From assembly GCA_016699205.1 (NCBI GenBank), contig CP064964.1, positions 180,001 through 212,000 of the forward strand: a DNA stretch of 32,000 nucleotides, in the 5' to 3' direction. The stretch's first letter is position 1; every line of letters begins with the position of its first letter. Made by a program: the position numbers and the translations under genes. Source of the DNA: Candidatus Saccharimonadota bacterium (GTDB taxonomy: Bacteria; Patescibacteriota; Patescibacteriia; 2-12-FULL-60-25). Below, piece by piece: positions 1 to 8,696 of this stretch. Below the pieces are notes generated by a model. The model did not search any database, was not told where the DNA came from, and was given only the letters and a program-made list of their open reading frames with translations.

Positions 1-240
1 ACGAAACGCGATTCGAACTTCGCGATAAGCCGTTTGCTTTCTCCCCCGGACATGGACTCGAAAAATGATTCCGCCAAAGCTTATGAGTCCCACGAGCGAG
101 GCGTATAAGGCGATATAAAAGGCTGTGAGGCCCATGAGCCCTGCTTCATCAGGATTCACATTCACGATGACATAGACAAGCAAGGCGCAGGCCACAAGGG
201 CCACGGCTGCCATGAGTCCAAGAAAAGACCGATATCCCAT
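1..240 (-). CDS. hypothetical membrane protein, C-terminal part cut by the window edge
   Basis: Absent from the ORF track because it runs off the window. The reverse complement from the ATG (238-240) reads MGYRSFLGLMAAVALVACALLVYVIVNVNPDEAGLMGLTAFYIALYASLVGLISFGGIIFRVHVRGRKQTAYREVRIAFR with no stop. It contains two hydrophobic helices. Confidence 0.45.
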   Translation of the reverse strand, partial: MGYRSFLGLMAAVALVACALLVYVIVNVNPDEAGLMGLTAFYIALYASLVGLISFGGIIFRVHVRGRKQTAYREVRIAFR

Positions 241-254
241 GGCAATAGGATACG

Positions 255-554
255 TCAGCCGTGCATGATTCTCAATGTGTGTACGATTTTCCCTCCCAGT
301 TGGCGATTAATTTCATTGCGCAGACGGACATCCCACATGCGAAGCTCTTGAACAGCTGCCGGTACATGCGATAAGAGGCGCAACTCCCCTCCGGCAAAAG
401 AGACGGCGTCGACATGCGAAGCTTTTTCCTCGTCCCAAAGTCTTGCGAGACATTCTTTGGAGATCTCCAAAACGCGCGTCGCCTCAACTTGGCGCGAGAT
501 TCCGGCTTTTTGCACGGCTCCGGGGAGAATACGGCGGATGGGTTGGAATGCCAT
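255..554 (-). CDS. DUF721 / DciA-like small protein
   Basis: ORF 255..629 trimmed to the internal Met (MAFQPIRRILPGAVQKAGISRQVEATRVLE...). That ATG lies 1 nt after the helicase stop (556-558), which suggests tight coupling. The pattern W..E......V.AVSFAGGELRLLSHVPAAVQELRM......INRQLGGKIVHTLRI matches the DUF721 family as I remember it. Confidence 0.55.
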   Translation of the reverse strand: MAFQPIRRILPGAVQKAGISRQVEATRVLEISKECLARLWDEEKASHVDAVSFAGGELRLLSHVPAAVQELRMWDVRLRNEINRQLGGKIVHTLRIMHG

Positions 555-555
555 A

Positions 556-3465
556 TCAAAGCTTCTTGAACTCGCAGATATTACGGAAGTCGCAATATTT
601 ACAGGTGAACGGTTCTGGCGTTGCAACAAAGTCGGAAGTAACGATGGCTTCCATGCGTTCCTGCAATTTACCGAGAAAGGCTTCGCGTTTCTCTTCCTTC
701 AGAACATCGACGTCAGTTTCTACCCAATCGATAACGTAAATATACTTCATCGAGGAAACCTTGAGACCGCGTTCTTCAAGAGCAACCTGATAGAGGTGCA
801 GCTGCTCTTTGTCTTCTGCGGATAATTCCTCTTTTGCTTTTCCTGTTTTGTAGTCGACGATGCAAACTGTGTCACCAGGGCCTTTATCGATGCGGTCAAT
901 TTTTCCTTTGAGCGAATGGAGGCCGAGAATGAGCGTGAACGGCTCTTCTACACCAACGGTATCCGGCGCTTTAACCGCGCAATGCTGCCAGAAGTTTTTA
1001 ACGGCTTTTTTGCCATTCTCTTTATACTCGTCATGACGTTCACGTGACTCGTACCATTCATCGATCCAGTCTTCTTCAAACATCGCCATCGCCTCGGCGA
1101 GCGTGACACGAAAACCGCCTTCCGTTGTTTCAAAAGGTCCGGTCGTTTCACCAAAAAGTGAGCCCTGCGCGGCTTTTCCGCGCAGCTCATGTAATTGCAT
1201 GATGTGCTGATAGGTATTGTGGACGCTTTGACCGAAGCTTTTTTGATACGTGCCAAATTTTGGAATGCGATAAATATGCTCGAGCTTGTACGAGTACGGG
1301 CACTTACGAAATGTCGCAAGCTGGGTGAAACTGAATTTCTTTTTGAGTTCGTAGTGAACTAAGTCGGCACGCGGGTCTTCTTCTGGTTCGTGAAGTTCGA
1401 GACGGCGGGCGTCGGCGGTGAGATCGCCAGCGATCACCGGAATCTCAAGCGAGGATTCATTGAGGAACGCGGACGGTTTTTTGGCGCGCGCTCCCCCGTA
1501 ATGCGAGGCGCCGCTCAAGTAGAGAGCGTTTTTGGCGCGAGTCATCGCCACGTAAAAAAGACGGCGCTCTTCTTCCAGATGAACATCGCCTTCTGGCAAA
1601 CGTTCCTTTACCAACCCATCTGGTAGCGGGATAGCGTCGGTACGGGCTCGTGTCGGGAAGCGTTGATCGACGAGAGATGCAATAAAGACGTATTTGAATT
1701 CCAAACCTTTGGACGCGTGAATCGTCATGACTTTTACGAGCTCAGGGCCGGCGTCGGGATCAAAGTCGAGACCGCCTTCTTCTCCGGAATCGATTTCTTG
1801 ACGCAACTCCTCAAGAAAGCCGCGAAGCGATGGGCCGTGCGTTGAACGTTCGTAACGCTTGATGCGTTCGGCAAAACCATTCAAGTGCTGGATATATTCG
1901 CGTTTCTCGCGCTCAGGCAAACGCATGACCATGGCGAGGTAGCCGCTTTTATCGAGCGCAAGCTGGAGTACGCGCAGAGGCGTTTCACGTTTTGCTGTTT
2001 CCGCGAGGCCCTCTATATGTGAAACAAGTTTTTCTACAATGCGGGTACCGTCTTCCGAAATGTGCGCGTCTCGAACCTGTTTTAACGAAGCCCAAAGCGT
2101 CAGACCTTTACGGTTGGAGTATTGCAGCAGCTCGGCAATATCTTTTGCCGCCATCGGGTAACAGCCCAGATTGAGTGCGCGCCATACAGCTGGAGATTCA
2201 TGATAGGCGTCGAGAAGAGACAAAATTGCCATGACGTCGAGTACGGCGGGCTTTCCGTATAAACCTCGAAGCGCCATGAATTGGAATGGAATGGCAGCCC
2301 GGTCGAATGTATGGATGAACGGCTCGGCGCCGTCATTGGATCGGACGAGAACGCAAAAATCGTTCCAGGTGGCTTCTGGATCTTTTTCTTTGAGCCTCTT
2401 GATCTCAGCGGCGACAGCCTCTGTTTCATCTTCGACCGTTTTCTTCCAGATCACCTCGACGGAACCGCCTTCACCGCGCATGGCTTTCAGTTCTTTGGAG
2501 AGCCCCGTACCAGCGAGTCGGACTTCCAAACGATTGGGATCGTTCTTTTTGATGAAGCGATAGGCGACATCAAGAATCTCTTTGTGTGAGCGATAATTCT
2601 CTACGAGCGCGACTGTTTTTGCTTCTGGGAAGTCGTCACGGAATTGGAGAATGTTGGCAAGCGATGCGCCGCGGAATTTATAGATCGCCTGATCATCATC
2701 GCCGACGACCGTCATGTTGCGTTCTTTGCCGCAGAGCAATTTCAACATTTCATACTGCGCCCAGTTGGTGTCCTGAAACTCATCGACCATGATGTAACGG
2801 AATTGCTTGCGATACTTTTCCAGAACGGCGGGGCGTTCGCGAAAGAGTCGAAGCGTCTCCATGATGAGATCATTCATGTCGAGACTCCCCTCCTCGCGCA
2901 GGATTTTGCGGTAGGCAAAATAAATATCAGCGAGCTCCTGCAAACGCTTGCGCTCGCCTGTGACGAATTCTGCGTCGCCGTCGAGCGTAACATCCTGGGC
3001 GAACTTGAGATACATTTCCGGAGTAACGTCCTCGTCTTTTGCACGTGAGAAATGCTGGAGCAAAGCGCGCAGAAACTTCACCGGATTTCCAAGTGGTCGA
3101 TAGTGATCGAGCGGCAGCTCCATCATTCGGCGTTTGAGAAGCAGCCAAGCGTCTGTTGATGTGAGTAATCGAAACTTATTTGGTAAGCCGATTTCAAGTG
3201 CGTGTGCTTCTAGAATGCGCTGGCAAAAACCGTGAAAGGTCGAGATCCAAAAATCGTAGGTTCCGGTTTCCAGAAGTTTAAGGACACGATCTTCCATCTC
3301 CGTAGCCGACTTCTCGGTGAACGTGAGCGCGAGAATGTTCTCCGAGGAAATTCCCTCTTGCGAAAGAAGATGCGCGTAGCGGACAATCATCAAAGGTCCG
3401 TCCTTATGCATGACGGCCGAGGCTTGGGCTTCGTTCAGGCCTTCGAAGAGCGGGTCGGGGTTCAT
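556..3465 (-). CDS. UvrD/PcrA/AddA-type SF1 helicase fused to a C-terminal PD-(D/E)XK nuclease domain with a Cys cluster
   Basis: 969 aa. SF1 motifs are present: TFTEKSATEM (Ia), VDEFQDTN (II), VVGDDDQAIYKFRGA (III), ENYRS (IV), TIHASKGLEFKYVFI (V), RRLFYVAMTRAKNALYL (VI). The C-terminus carries FRKCPYSYKLEHIY ... GKIDRID ... IVDYKTGK ... CKYCDFRNICEF, typical of AddB/RecB-family nuclease domains with Fe-S cysteines. Walker A is missing (see findings). Confidence 0.85.
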   Translation of the reverse strand: MNPDPLFEGLNEAQASAVMHKDGPLMIVRYAHLLSQEGISSENILALTFTEKSATEMEDRVLKLLETGTYDFWISTFHGFCQRILEAHALEIGLPNKFRLLTSTDAWLLLKRRMMELPLDHYRPLGNPVKFLRALLQHFSRAKDEDVTPEMYLKFAQDVTLDGDAEFVTGERKRLQELADIYFAYRKILREEGSLDMNDLIMETLRLFRERPAVLEKYRKQFRYIMVDEFQDTNWAQYEMLKLLCGKERNMTVVGDDDQAIYKFRGASLANILQFRDDFPEAKTVALVENYRSHKEILDVAYRFIKKNDPNRLEVRLAGTGLSKELKAMRGEGGSVEVIWKKTVEDETEAVAAEIKRLKEKDPEATWNDFCVLVRSNDGAEPFIHTFDRAAIPFQFMALRGLYGKPAVLDVMAILSLLDAYHESPAVWRALNLGCYPMAAKDIAELLQYSNRKGLTLWASLKQVRDAHISEDGTRIVEKLVSHIEGLAETAKRETPLRVLQLALDKSGYLAMVMRLPEREKREYIQHLNGFAERIKRYERSTHGPSLRGFLEELRQEIDSGEEGGLDFDPDAGPELVKVMTIHASKGLEFKYVFIASLVDQRFPTRARTDAIPLPDGLVKERLPEGDVHLEEERRLFYVAMTRAKNALYLSGASHYGGARAKKPSAFLNESSLEIPVIAGDLTADARRLELHEPEEDPRADLVHYELKKKFSFTQLATFRKCPYSYKLEHIYRIPKFGTYQKSFGQSVHNTYQHIMQLHELRGKAAQGSLFGETTGPFETTEGGFRVTLAEAMAMFEEDWIDEWYESRERHDEYKENGKKAVKNFWQHCAVKAPDTVGVEEPFTLILGLHSLKGKIDRIDKGPGDTVCIVDYKTGKAKEELSAEDKEQLHLYQVALEERGLKVSSMKYIYVIDWVETDVDVLKEEKREAFLGKLQERMEAIVTSDFVATPEPFTCKYCDFRNICEFKKL

Positions 3466-3480
3466 GATTACGCATCATAG

Positions 3481-3804
3481 TCACGCATCATGAAAAATGA
3501 AACCCCGCTCCAAAGTTTTGGAACGGGGTTCAGGCGGCTCCATGGGGACCGGATTCATCGGGGTCCTTGGACTTTTTCTGGAAGTTGCCGTGGATGACGC
3601 GGCCTTTTTTGGCTTGTCGTCGACGGATGCGAGTGAACGTTGGGCCTGGGCGTCACGCTGCTGGTTCTTGAGTTGACGCTCAAACTCGTTGCTCGTCAGA
3701 TCGAGCAGCCGTTTGAACAGATACGCGACGACGATGCCGAGCGATACGGCGGTGCAGAACGCACCGAGGACAAACGCAACGAACACTTCCAAACCAAAAT
3801 ACAT
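3481..3804 (-). CDS. small single-pass membrane protein, hypothetical
   Basis: 107 aa with an N-terminal hydrophobic helix (MYFGLEVFVAFVLGAFCTAVSLGIVVAYLF) followed by a charged, low-complexity tail. A strong GGAGG sits 5 nt upstream of the ATG on the minus strand (3810-3814). Confidence 0.55.
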   Translation of the reverse strand: MYFGLEVFVAFVLGAFCTAVSLGIVVAYLFKRLLDLTSNEFERQLKNQQRDAQAQRSLASVDDKPKKAASSTATSRKSPRTPMNPVPMEPPEPRSKTLERGFIFHDA

Positions 3805-3824
3805 CTCAACCTCCGGCCAACCTT

Positions 3825-4916
3825 TTATACGCTTTTTCGAATTTTGTCCATCAGCTCGATATAGAACGCGACGTTGTTGATCGTCGCGAGGCGTTGGCCG
3901 AGCATTTCATCGACGGTGAAGAGATGGCGAAGATAGCCCATCGAGTAGCGGGCTAACTCCCCTGTTTTGCCGATTGGCTCGTGGCTGTTCTTCCATTTTT
4001 CGTTCGTAATTTGGACGGCTTCGTAGAAATCCGGCTTGGACAAGTCATCATGAACGAATCTGTAGAGTTGGCCGTGACGGGCGTTGCGTGTAGGCAAAAC
4101 ACAATCAAACATGTCGATGCCGCGTTTTACGTACTCGACGATTTCGTGCGGTTTTGCACCGCCCATGAAGTAGCGCGGTTTGTCTTTGGGGAGAATGTCG
4201 TCGAGCGCTTCCAAAACTTTGCAGGCTTCTTCGAACGGTTCGCCGACCGAGAGGCCGCCGATGGCGTAGCCGTCGAATCCGATTTCTACGAGCTCGCGAG
4301 CGCTTCGCATTCGCAGCTCAATATCCGTACCGCCTTGAACGATTCCAAAAAGCTTGGCACCCGGGTTTACGCTCCCCTCTCTCGTGCGTTCAAATTCTTC
4401 TTTCGATCGTTTGGCCCATTTCGTCGTCAGCTCCAATGACGCGAGAAGCGTGTCGCGTGTAGCGGGTAACGCCGTGCAGACATCAAGAACCATCACGATG
4501 TCCGAGCCGATCGTGCGCTGGATTTGCATGCAGAGCTCAGGCGTCAGCATGAGCTTGGCGCCGTCGATGTGGGATTGGAACTCGACACCGTTTTCCGAGA
4601 GCTTGCGAAGCCCGGAAAGCGAGAATACTTGGAAACCGCCCGAGTCGGTGAGAATCGCGCCCTTCCAGTCCATCAACTTATGAAGTCCGCCAAATTCTTT
4701 CATGACTTCCATGCCGGGGCGGAGCCACAAGTGGTAGGCGTTCGAAAGGATGATCGGCGAACCGATTTGTTCGATATCGAAAGACGACAGGGTTTTGACC
4801 GCGCCTTTGGTTGCGATCGGCATAAAAAAAGGCGTCTCGAGGGTGCCGTGAGGCGTCTCGAGAGAACCGCGTCGACCTTGGGGTGACGATGAAGCGAGCT
4901 TAAACATCCTTTTCAA
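3825..4916 (-). CDS. tgt: queuine tRNA-ribosyltransferase (tRNA-guanine transglycosylase)
   Basis: 363 aa. Family hallmarks are present: ETPFFMPIATKGAVK, ILTDSGGFQVFS, YAIGGLSVGE, GIDMFDCVLPTRNARHG. The C-terminal zinc-binding motif is absent (see findings). Confidence 0.9.
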   Translation of the reverse strand: MKRMFKLASSSPQGRRGSLETPHGTLETPFFMPIATKGAVKTLSSFDIEQIGSPIILSNAYHLWLRPGMEVMKEFGGLHKLMDWKGAILTDSGGFQVFSLSGLRKLSENGVEFQSHIDGAKLMLTPELCMQIQRTIGSDIVMVLDVCTALPATRDTLLASLELTTKWAKRSKEEFERTREGSVNPGAKLFGIVQGGTDIELRMRSARELVEIGFDGYAIGGLSVGEPFEEACKVLEALDDILPKDKPRYFMGGAKPHEIVEYVKRGIDMFDCVLPTRNARHGQLYRFVHDDLSKPDFYEAVQITNEKWKNSHEPIGKTGELARYSMGYLRHLFTVDEMLGQRLATINNVAFYIELMDKIRKSV

Positions 4917-5607
4917 AATCTTCCGGGCTCTTTTCCGGTTTGACCAAAATCAACTTTTTACCCCAATTGGATCGGCGGATAAAGAATGCGATGGCGAGAG
5001 AAATACAAAAGAGCACGGCAAATAGCCCCCATGTACGCGGCGAGGAAAGCGATTCGCCCAAAACAACAAAACTTACCGTCGCCGGTATGGAGCCAATGAT
5101 GCTGGCAGCCATAAACTGTCGGAATGGCATGCGGGTAAGGCCAGCCGCGTATCCGATAAAATCGAATGGTAGCATGAGCAGACGCAAACCCAACACAGTC
5201 ACAAAGCCCTGCTCGGACAGCAAATCGTCGTATTCTTTGACCCATCCACGCTCACTCTCGCTCACAAAGTGGCGCCCCAAATATCGGCTTAACCAGAAAC
5301 TTACTGCCGCAGCGAGATTGAGCCCAAGTACCGCGAGCAACGCGCCCATCCATGGTCCAAAAAGGACTCCGGAAATCACAGAAACACCTGCGGAGGGAAA
5401 TGGAATAATACTTGAAGAAGCTGCGAATGCCAGAAGCACAAGCGGCCCCCAAAACCCGGCAGCGCGCACGTTCATCTCGATAATTCCAGGGACAGTACGC
5501 AGTGGGATTTGATTCAGGTACAAGACGAGATAGATCGCGGCCACGATGGCGACGTATACGACAAGAATACCGATCTTGAGCCAATGCGCACGATCAAATG
5601 ATTTCAT
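4900..5607 (-). CDS. TVP38/TMEM64 (DedA/SNARE-associated) family membrane protein
   Basis: 235 aa, multi-pass. The pattern FPSAGVSVISGVLFGPWMGALLAVLGLNLAAAVSFWLSRYLGR ... LRLLMLPFDFIGYAAGLTRMPFRQF is typical of the family. Confidence 0.7.
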   Translation of the reverse strand: MKSFDRAHWLKIGILVVYVAIVAAIYLVLYLNQIPLRTVPGIIEMNVRAAGFWGPLVLLAFAASSSIIPFPSAGVSVISGVLFGPWMGALLAVLGLNLAAAVSFWLSRYLGRHFVSESERGWVKEYDDLLSEQGFVTVLGLRLLMLPFDFIGYAAGLTRMPFRQFMAASIIGSIPATVSFVVLGESLSSPRTWGLFAVLFCISLAIAFFIRRSNWGKKLILVKPEKSPEDFEKDV

Positions 5608-5611
5608 AGGC

Positions 5612-7183
5612 CTATTGTAGCTGTTCCTTCTTCTCTTTCATAAAGGCCGACCATTCCTCGAGCAGATTCAAAAAGATTTTGAATGGCGCCTCGATAATGA
5701 AGTCAAAGAAGAAAATGAATACATTGAACCGCGAAAGGGTTTCTGAAAGCAAGCGTCCGACGCGTAAAACCGGAAGCGAGAAAAAATCAGCGATGATCGT
5801 GCCGATGTTATCCGGTCGCTCGACGGCGACGAACTCGCGGGAAGAGTTGCGTAGACGGAACGCAAAGAAGCTGACGACGCAAAGGAAAAATAGGAAGATA
5901 AGTGCACTCACCCAGGTAAAATGCAATACCATTAAGAACGTATACACCAAACCAAAGCTCACGAGAAAAGTAAAAAGATAAGCCAAGCTAAACATGAGCG
6001 CGCCAAACCAACCCCGTTTACGCGCAATACGGATTTCACGTCCTTTTGGCCCCTCTGAGGAAAGCAGTTCGTCGACACCACGCTTGATGCGCAGGATATT
6101 TTCCTTTGCCGGCGGACGGATCATCAGTCCTACAAAAAACATCAAAACCGGAGCAAAAAAGACATTGATCGCTAGAGGGATTTGGTGAACGGTCCCGTAA
6201 ATAACTCGTTCAGAAGGTACTTCCATGATCAATGCAAATAGCATTTTTGTCGCAAAAAGATAGATCATGGCACGAATGGTGCCGCGACGAAGTTTTGACT
6301 TTGAATCTTTGATACGGCGGTCAGCAATACGCTCGACTGCCATATGCAGCTTCACAGGATCCGCAAGCAGCGCTGCGGCCTTCGGCGGGTCTTCATGTAA
6401 TGCAGAGCGAAGAATATTTAAAGAAATGGACCATGGCTTTACCGCCGACAAAAATTTGTTGGAAAAACGATGCGTCAAAACACTGCGCACGCGTTTTTCT
6501 GTCTCAACGATGGTAAGCGCCATCTCTGTTGGCGAGTCTGCCCATTCTTCCGGCTTCATCCATTGCGGTTCAAAAGCACGAACGAGCTTGAAACCAACCA
6601 TTTCATCATCTGCCTTTTCCAAAAGGCGATGACAGGCAACGTACACTTGAAGACGACGCTCGGTATCGTCCAGTAAATTATCGCGGACCGTGATGCGCTC
6701 ACAGAGCTGCTCAAACAAAAAGTTTACAAAGGTCTTGGACTCGGAGTGATCATCTAGCAATTCTTCCAGTTCGGCAGAAATAATACCAAGCAACCATTCA
6801 GCATAAGCTTCGGAGCCTGCGTTTACACGACGGCACGCCAAATATTTACGGACGACACTACCGGCCTTGTCCCCCATCTCTTCATGAATTGCTCCGTTGG
6901 GGAGATAGCGGGCCGCAATCAATTCACGGATCAAATTACCGCCAATAATATTCGGGTCGGTTTCGAGCGAGAGCTGGCGTTTGAGGATGCGAAAAATCGC
7001 AGCCTTACGCAGTAGGTGATCATCTTTATAGTCGACCGCGTTGCGGATGCGCTCGTATAGAACAGAAAAACGGCTGACGGCCGCGTGCACGTTTACGCGA
7101 GAAGACTCCGGAACTTCCGGAGGTGTTGTCGGTTGTACGGCTTTTGCCAGAACCGAGGTTTTGGCCAACGCGTATTCAGCCAT
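5612..7183 (-). CDS. hypothetical protein with an N-terminal soluble domain and a C-terminal multi-pass membrane region
   Basis: A 523-aa ORF occupying the whole interval. The C-terminal third has several hydrophobic helices (LFALIMEV, VFFAPVLMFFVGLMI, WFGALMFSLAYLFTFLVSFGLVYTFLMVL, ALIFLFFLCVVSFFAF). I do not recognise a family. Confidence 0.6.
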   Translation of the reverse strand: MAEYALAKTSVLAKAVQPTTPPEVPESSRVNVHAAVSRFSVLYERIRNAVDYKDDHLLRKAAIFRILKRQLSLETDPNIIGGNLIRELIAARYLPNGAIHEEMGDKAGSVVRKYLACRRVNAGSEAYAEWLLGIISAELEELLDDHSESKTFVNFLFEQLCERITVRDNLLDDTERRLQVYVACHRLLEKADDEMVGFKLVRAFEPQWMKPEEWADSPTEMALTIVETEKRVRSVLTHRFSNKFLSAVKPWSISLNILRSALHEDPPKAAALLADPVKLHMAVERIADRRIKDSKSKLRRGTIRAMIYLFATKMLFALIMEVPSERVIYGTVHQIPLAINVFFAPVLMFFVGLMIRPPAKENILRIKRGVDELLSSEGPKGREIRIARKRGWFGALMFSLAYLFTFLVSFGLVYTFLMVLHFTWVSALIFLFFLCVVSFFAFRLRNSSREFVAVERPDNIGTIIADFFSLPVLRVGRLLSETLSRFNVFIFFFDFIIEAPFKIFLNLLEEWSAFMKEKKEQLQ

Positions 7184-7197
7184 ATGAAGCGTTGGTC

Positions 7198-7226
7198 AAC
7201 ATACCTTAAAATAGGCTTTTTGTCGA
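7198..7226 (-). promoter_or_regulatory. possible sigma70-type promoter for the 5612..7183 gene
   Basis: Minus strand reads TCGACA (7226-7221), a 17-nt spacer, then TATGTT (7203-7198). It would give a very short leader to the ATG at 7183. Confidence 0.3.
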
Positions 7227-7238
7227 GACTCGGGGTCC

Positions 7239-7265
7239 AAAAAACCGCCTTTTGAGCGGTTTTTT
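7239..7265 (-). terminator. rho-independent terminator after the tRNA pair (palindromic, could act on both strands)
   Basis: AAAACCGC-cttttga-GCGGTTTT hairpin. On the minus strand the stem is followed by TTTTTT (complement of A7239-A7244). Confidence 0.55.
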
Positions 7266-7267
7266 GA

Positions 7268-7345
7268 TGGTGGACGCTGTAGGATTCGAACCTACGACCC
7301 TCTCGGTGTAAGCGAGATGCTCTGAACCAGCTGAGCTAAGCGTCC
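7268..7345 (-). tRNA. tRNA-Val (anticodon TAC), CCA encoded
   Basis: The reverse complement GGACGCTTAGCTCAGCTGGTTCAGAGCATCTCGCTTACACCGAGAGGGTCGTAGGTTCGAATCCTACAGCGTCCACCA folds as a cloverleaf: 7-bp acceptor, anticodon stem TCTCG/CGAGA with loop CTTACAC, and a GTTCGAATC T-loop. Confidence 0.9.
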
Positions 7346-7364
7346 CGTCTCGTTTCAGAACACG

Positions 7365-7452
7365 TGGTGCGGCGAGAGAGACTTGAACTCTCATAACCTT
7401 GCGGTTGCTACCACCTCAAGGTAGTGCGTCTGCCAATTTCGCCATCGCCGCC
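7365..7452 (-). tRNA. tRNA-Leu (anticodon GAG), type II with long variable arm, CCA encoded
   Basis: The reverse complement is GGCGGCGATGGCGAAATTGGCAGACGCACTACCTTGAGGTGGTAGCAACCGCAAGGTTATGAGAGTTCAAGTCTCTCTCGCCGCACCA. It has anticodon stem CTACC/GGTAG with loop TTGAGGT, a long extra arm and a GTTCAAGTC T-loop. Confidence 0.9.
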
Positions 7453-7486
7453 CCAAGTATTCTCAATGCTTGCGCGGGCAAGGTTA

Positions 7487-8254
7487 TCAAAGGTTTCCCG
7501 ATCCTGCAAGCATCCCCCTCCCCCTACGGCTCGTGATGATTTTAAGGGCTTTTGGTTTGATGGAAAGATCGAGGACTTCTCCTTCGATCGGAAGGCCATC
7601 GACCAAGCAAGAACCGGCTACAGAGCGTTTTAACTCGGCCTTGGTAAAGCAGAGATGGGTCTGCACAGCTTCGGATTCGTTTTTCCATGTAAAACGCCGT
7701 TTTTCTACATGAGGAATGATGAAGGCGTCGAGCTTTCCATCATGGGCGTCGCAAGCGTCACCGAGATTACGGATACATAGCGAACCATTTGGCGGAGGCT
7801 CGATTTTGAATTGATTGTCCACATGGAGCGAGATGCCGGGACCGTCGACGATGAGTTCGGATAAAAAAGCGCGGCCGCTCACCATCCCGAGATCGATGGT
7901 TTCATTGAAGCGGGCAGCGAGCGTGTCGATTGATGCAAGACCTTTTGGAAGACCGAGACTCTTGGAAACAGGGCCGCTTCCAAGTAGTGGAATAAAGCCG
8001 ATCATTGGCGTCGAGTCACCGAGAGCGCTGATCGCCGTAAATAACGTTTTGTCATCGCCGACCACGACGAGGGTTTGGGCACCGGATCGAATCAAGTCGG
8101 CGACGATGTCGCGAGCATGGCGGAAGAGAGCAAATTTACCGACGCGTCCGTTTAATCCTCTGCGCGAAATCTCTGCTTCGAGCTGTGAAATCTCCCGGTC
8201 GTGCTTCCGGTCATTCAGCCGTTCATCGTAGAGATACGCGTAGCCGGATAACAT
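7487..8254 (-). CDS. diacylglycerol/lipid kinase catalytic-domain (DAGK_cat / NAD-kinase fold) family protein
   Basis: 255 aa. TLVVVGDDKTLFTAISALGDSTPMIGFIPLLGSGPVSKSLGLP resembles the GGDGT...G.IP.G..N motif region of the YegS/LCB5-type kinase fold, with GDDKT in place of GGDGT. Confidence 0.6.
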   Translation of the reverse strand: MLSGYAYLYDERLNDRKHDREISQLEAEISRRGLNGRVGKFALFRHARDIVADLIRSGAQTLVVVGDDKTLFTAISALGDSTPMIGFIPLLGSGPVSKSLGLPKGLASIDTLAARFNETIDLGMVSGRAFLSELIVDGPGISLHVDNQFKIEPPPNGSLCIRNLGDACDAHDGKLDAFIIPHVEKRRFTWKNESEAVQTHLCFTKAELKRSVAGSCLVDGLPIEGEVLDLSIKPKALKIITSRRGRGMLAGSGNL

Positions 8255-8694
8255 GGGTCGTTTTCAGGTTTCAGTTTTTGCCGTTCTTTGACTTGTCCGA
8301 CGGAAACTTTTCCATTCACTTTTGCGCCTGCTTCAACGGTAAGCGCTTCCGAAGTCAGGTCACCGGCGAGTTTGGCGGTCGACTTGAGGTCGACACGGCG
8401 CTCGACGATCACATTGCCTTGGATGTTTCCAGCGATAACAGCGTCCCCTGCTTTTACTTCTGCGTGAATAATCGCCTCAGGTCCGACGGTTAGTCGGCCT
8501 TTGGTAGCGAGAGAACCTTTTACTTCACCCTCGATTTGCACATCGCCGTCGCTGGCAAAATCGCCTTCGACTTTTACGCCTTTAGCGATAATGGTCGCAG
8601 TTGGGCGCGCGGCCGAGAGAGGTGGTTCCGGTTTTGGGTCTGCCGAGAGAATCGGCTTCAGATCCGGAACTTGAGGAGAAGAAAAGAGAGCCAT
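8215..8694 (-). CDS. bactofilin family cytoskeletal protein
   Basis: 159 aa. The beta-helical repeat core is IIAKGVKVEGDFASDGDVQIEGEVKGSLATKGRLTVGPEAIIHAEVKAGDAVIAGNIQGNVIVERRVDLKSTAKLAGDLTSEALTVEAGAKVNGKV. It overlaps the next gene start by 40 nt. Confidence 0.8.
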   Translation of the reverse strand: MALFSSPQVPDLKPILSADPKPEPPLSAARPTATIIAKGVKVEGDFASDGDVQIEGEVKGSLATKGRLTVGPEAIIHAEVKAGDAVIAGNIQGNVIVERRVDLKSTAKLAGDLTSEALTVEAGAKVNGKVSVGQVKERQKLKPENDPCYPATRISTMNG

Positions 8695-8696
8695 AA

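Noticed and set aside
255-629. N-terminal extensions of track ORFs 255..629, 22630..22953, 26347..27054, 28248..29615 and 30942..31217
   Set aside because: The extended parts overlap the upstream gene or repeat sequence and lack family-typical sequence. Internal ATG starts at 554, 22672, 26967, 29516 and 31172 give proteins of the expected length and N-termini.
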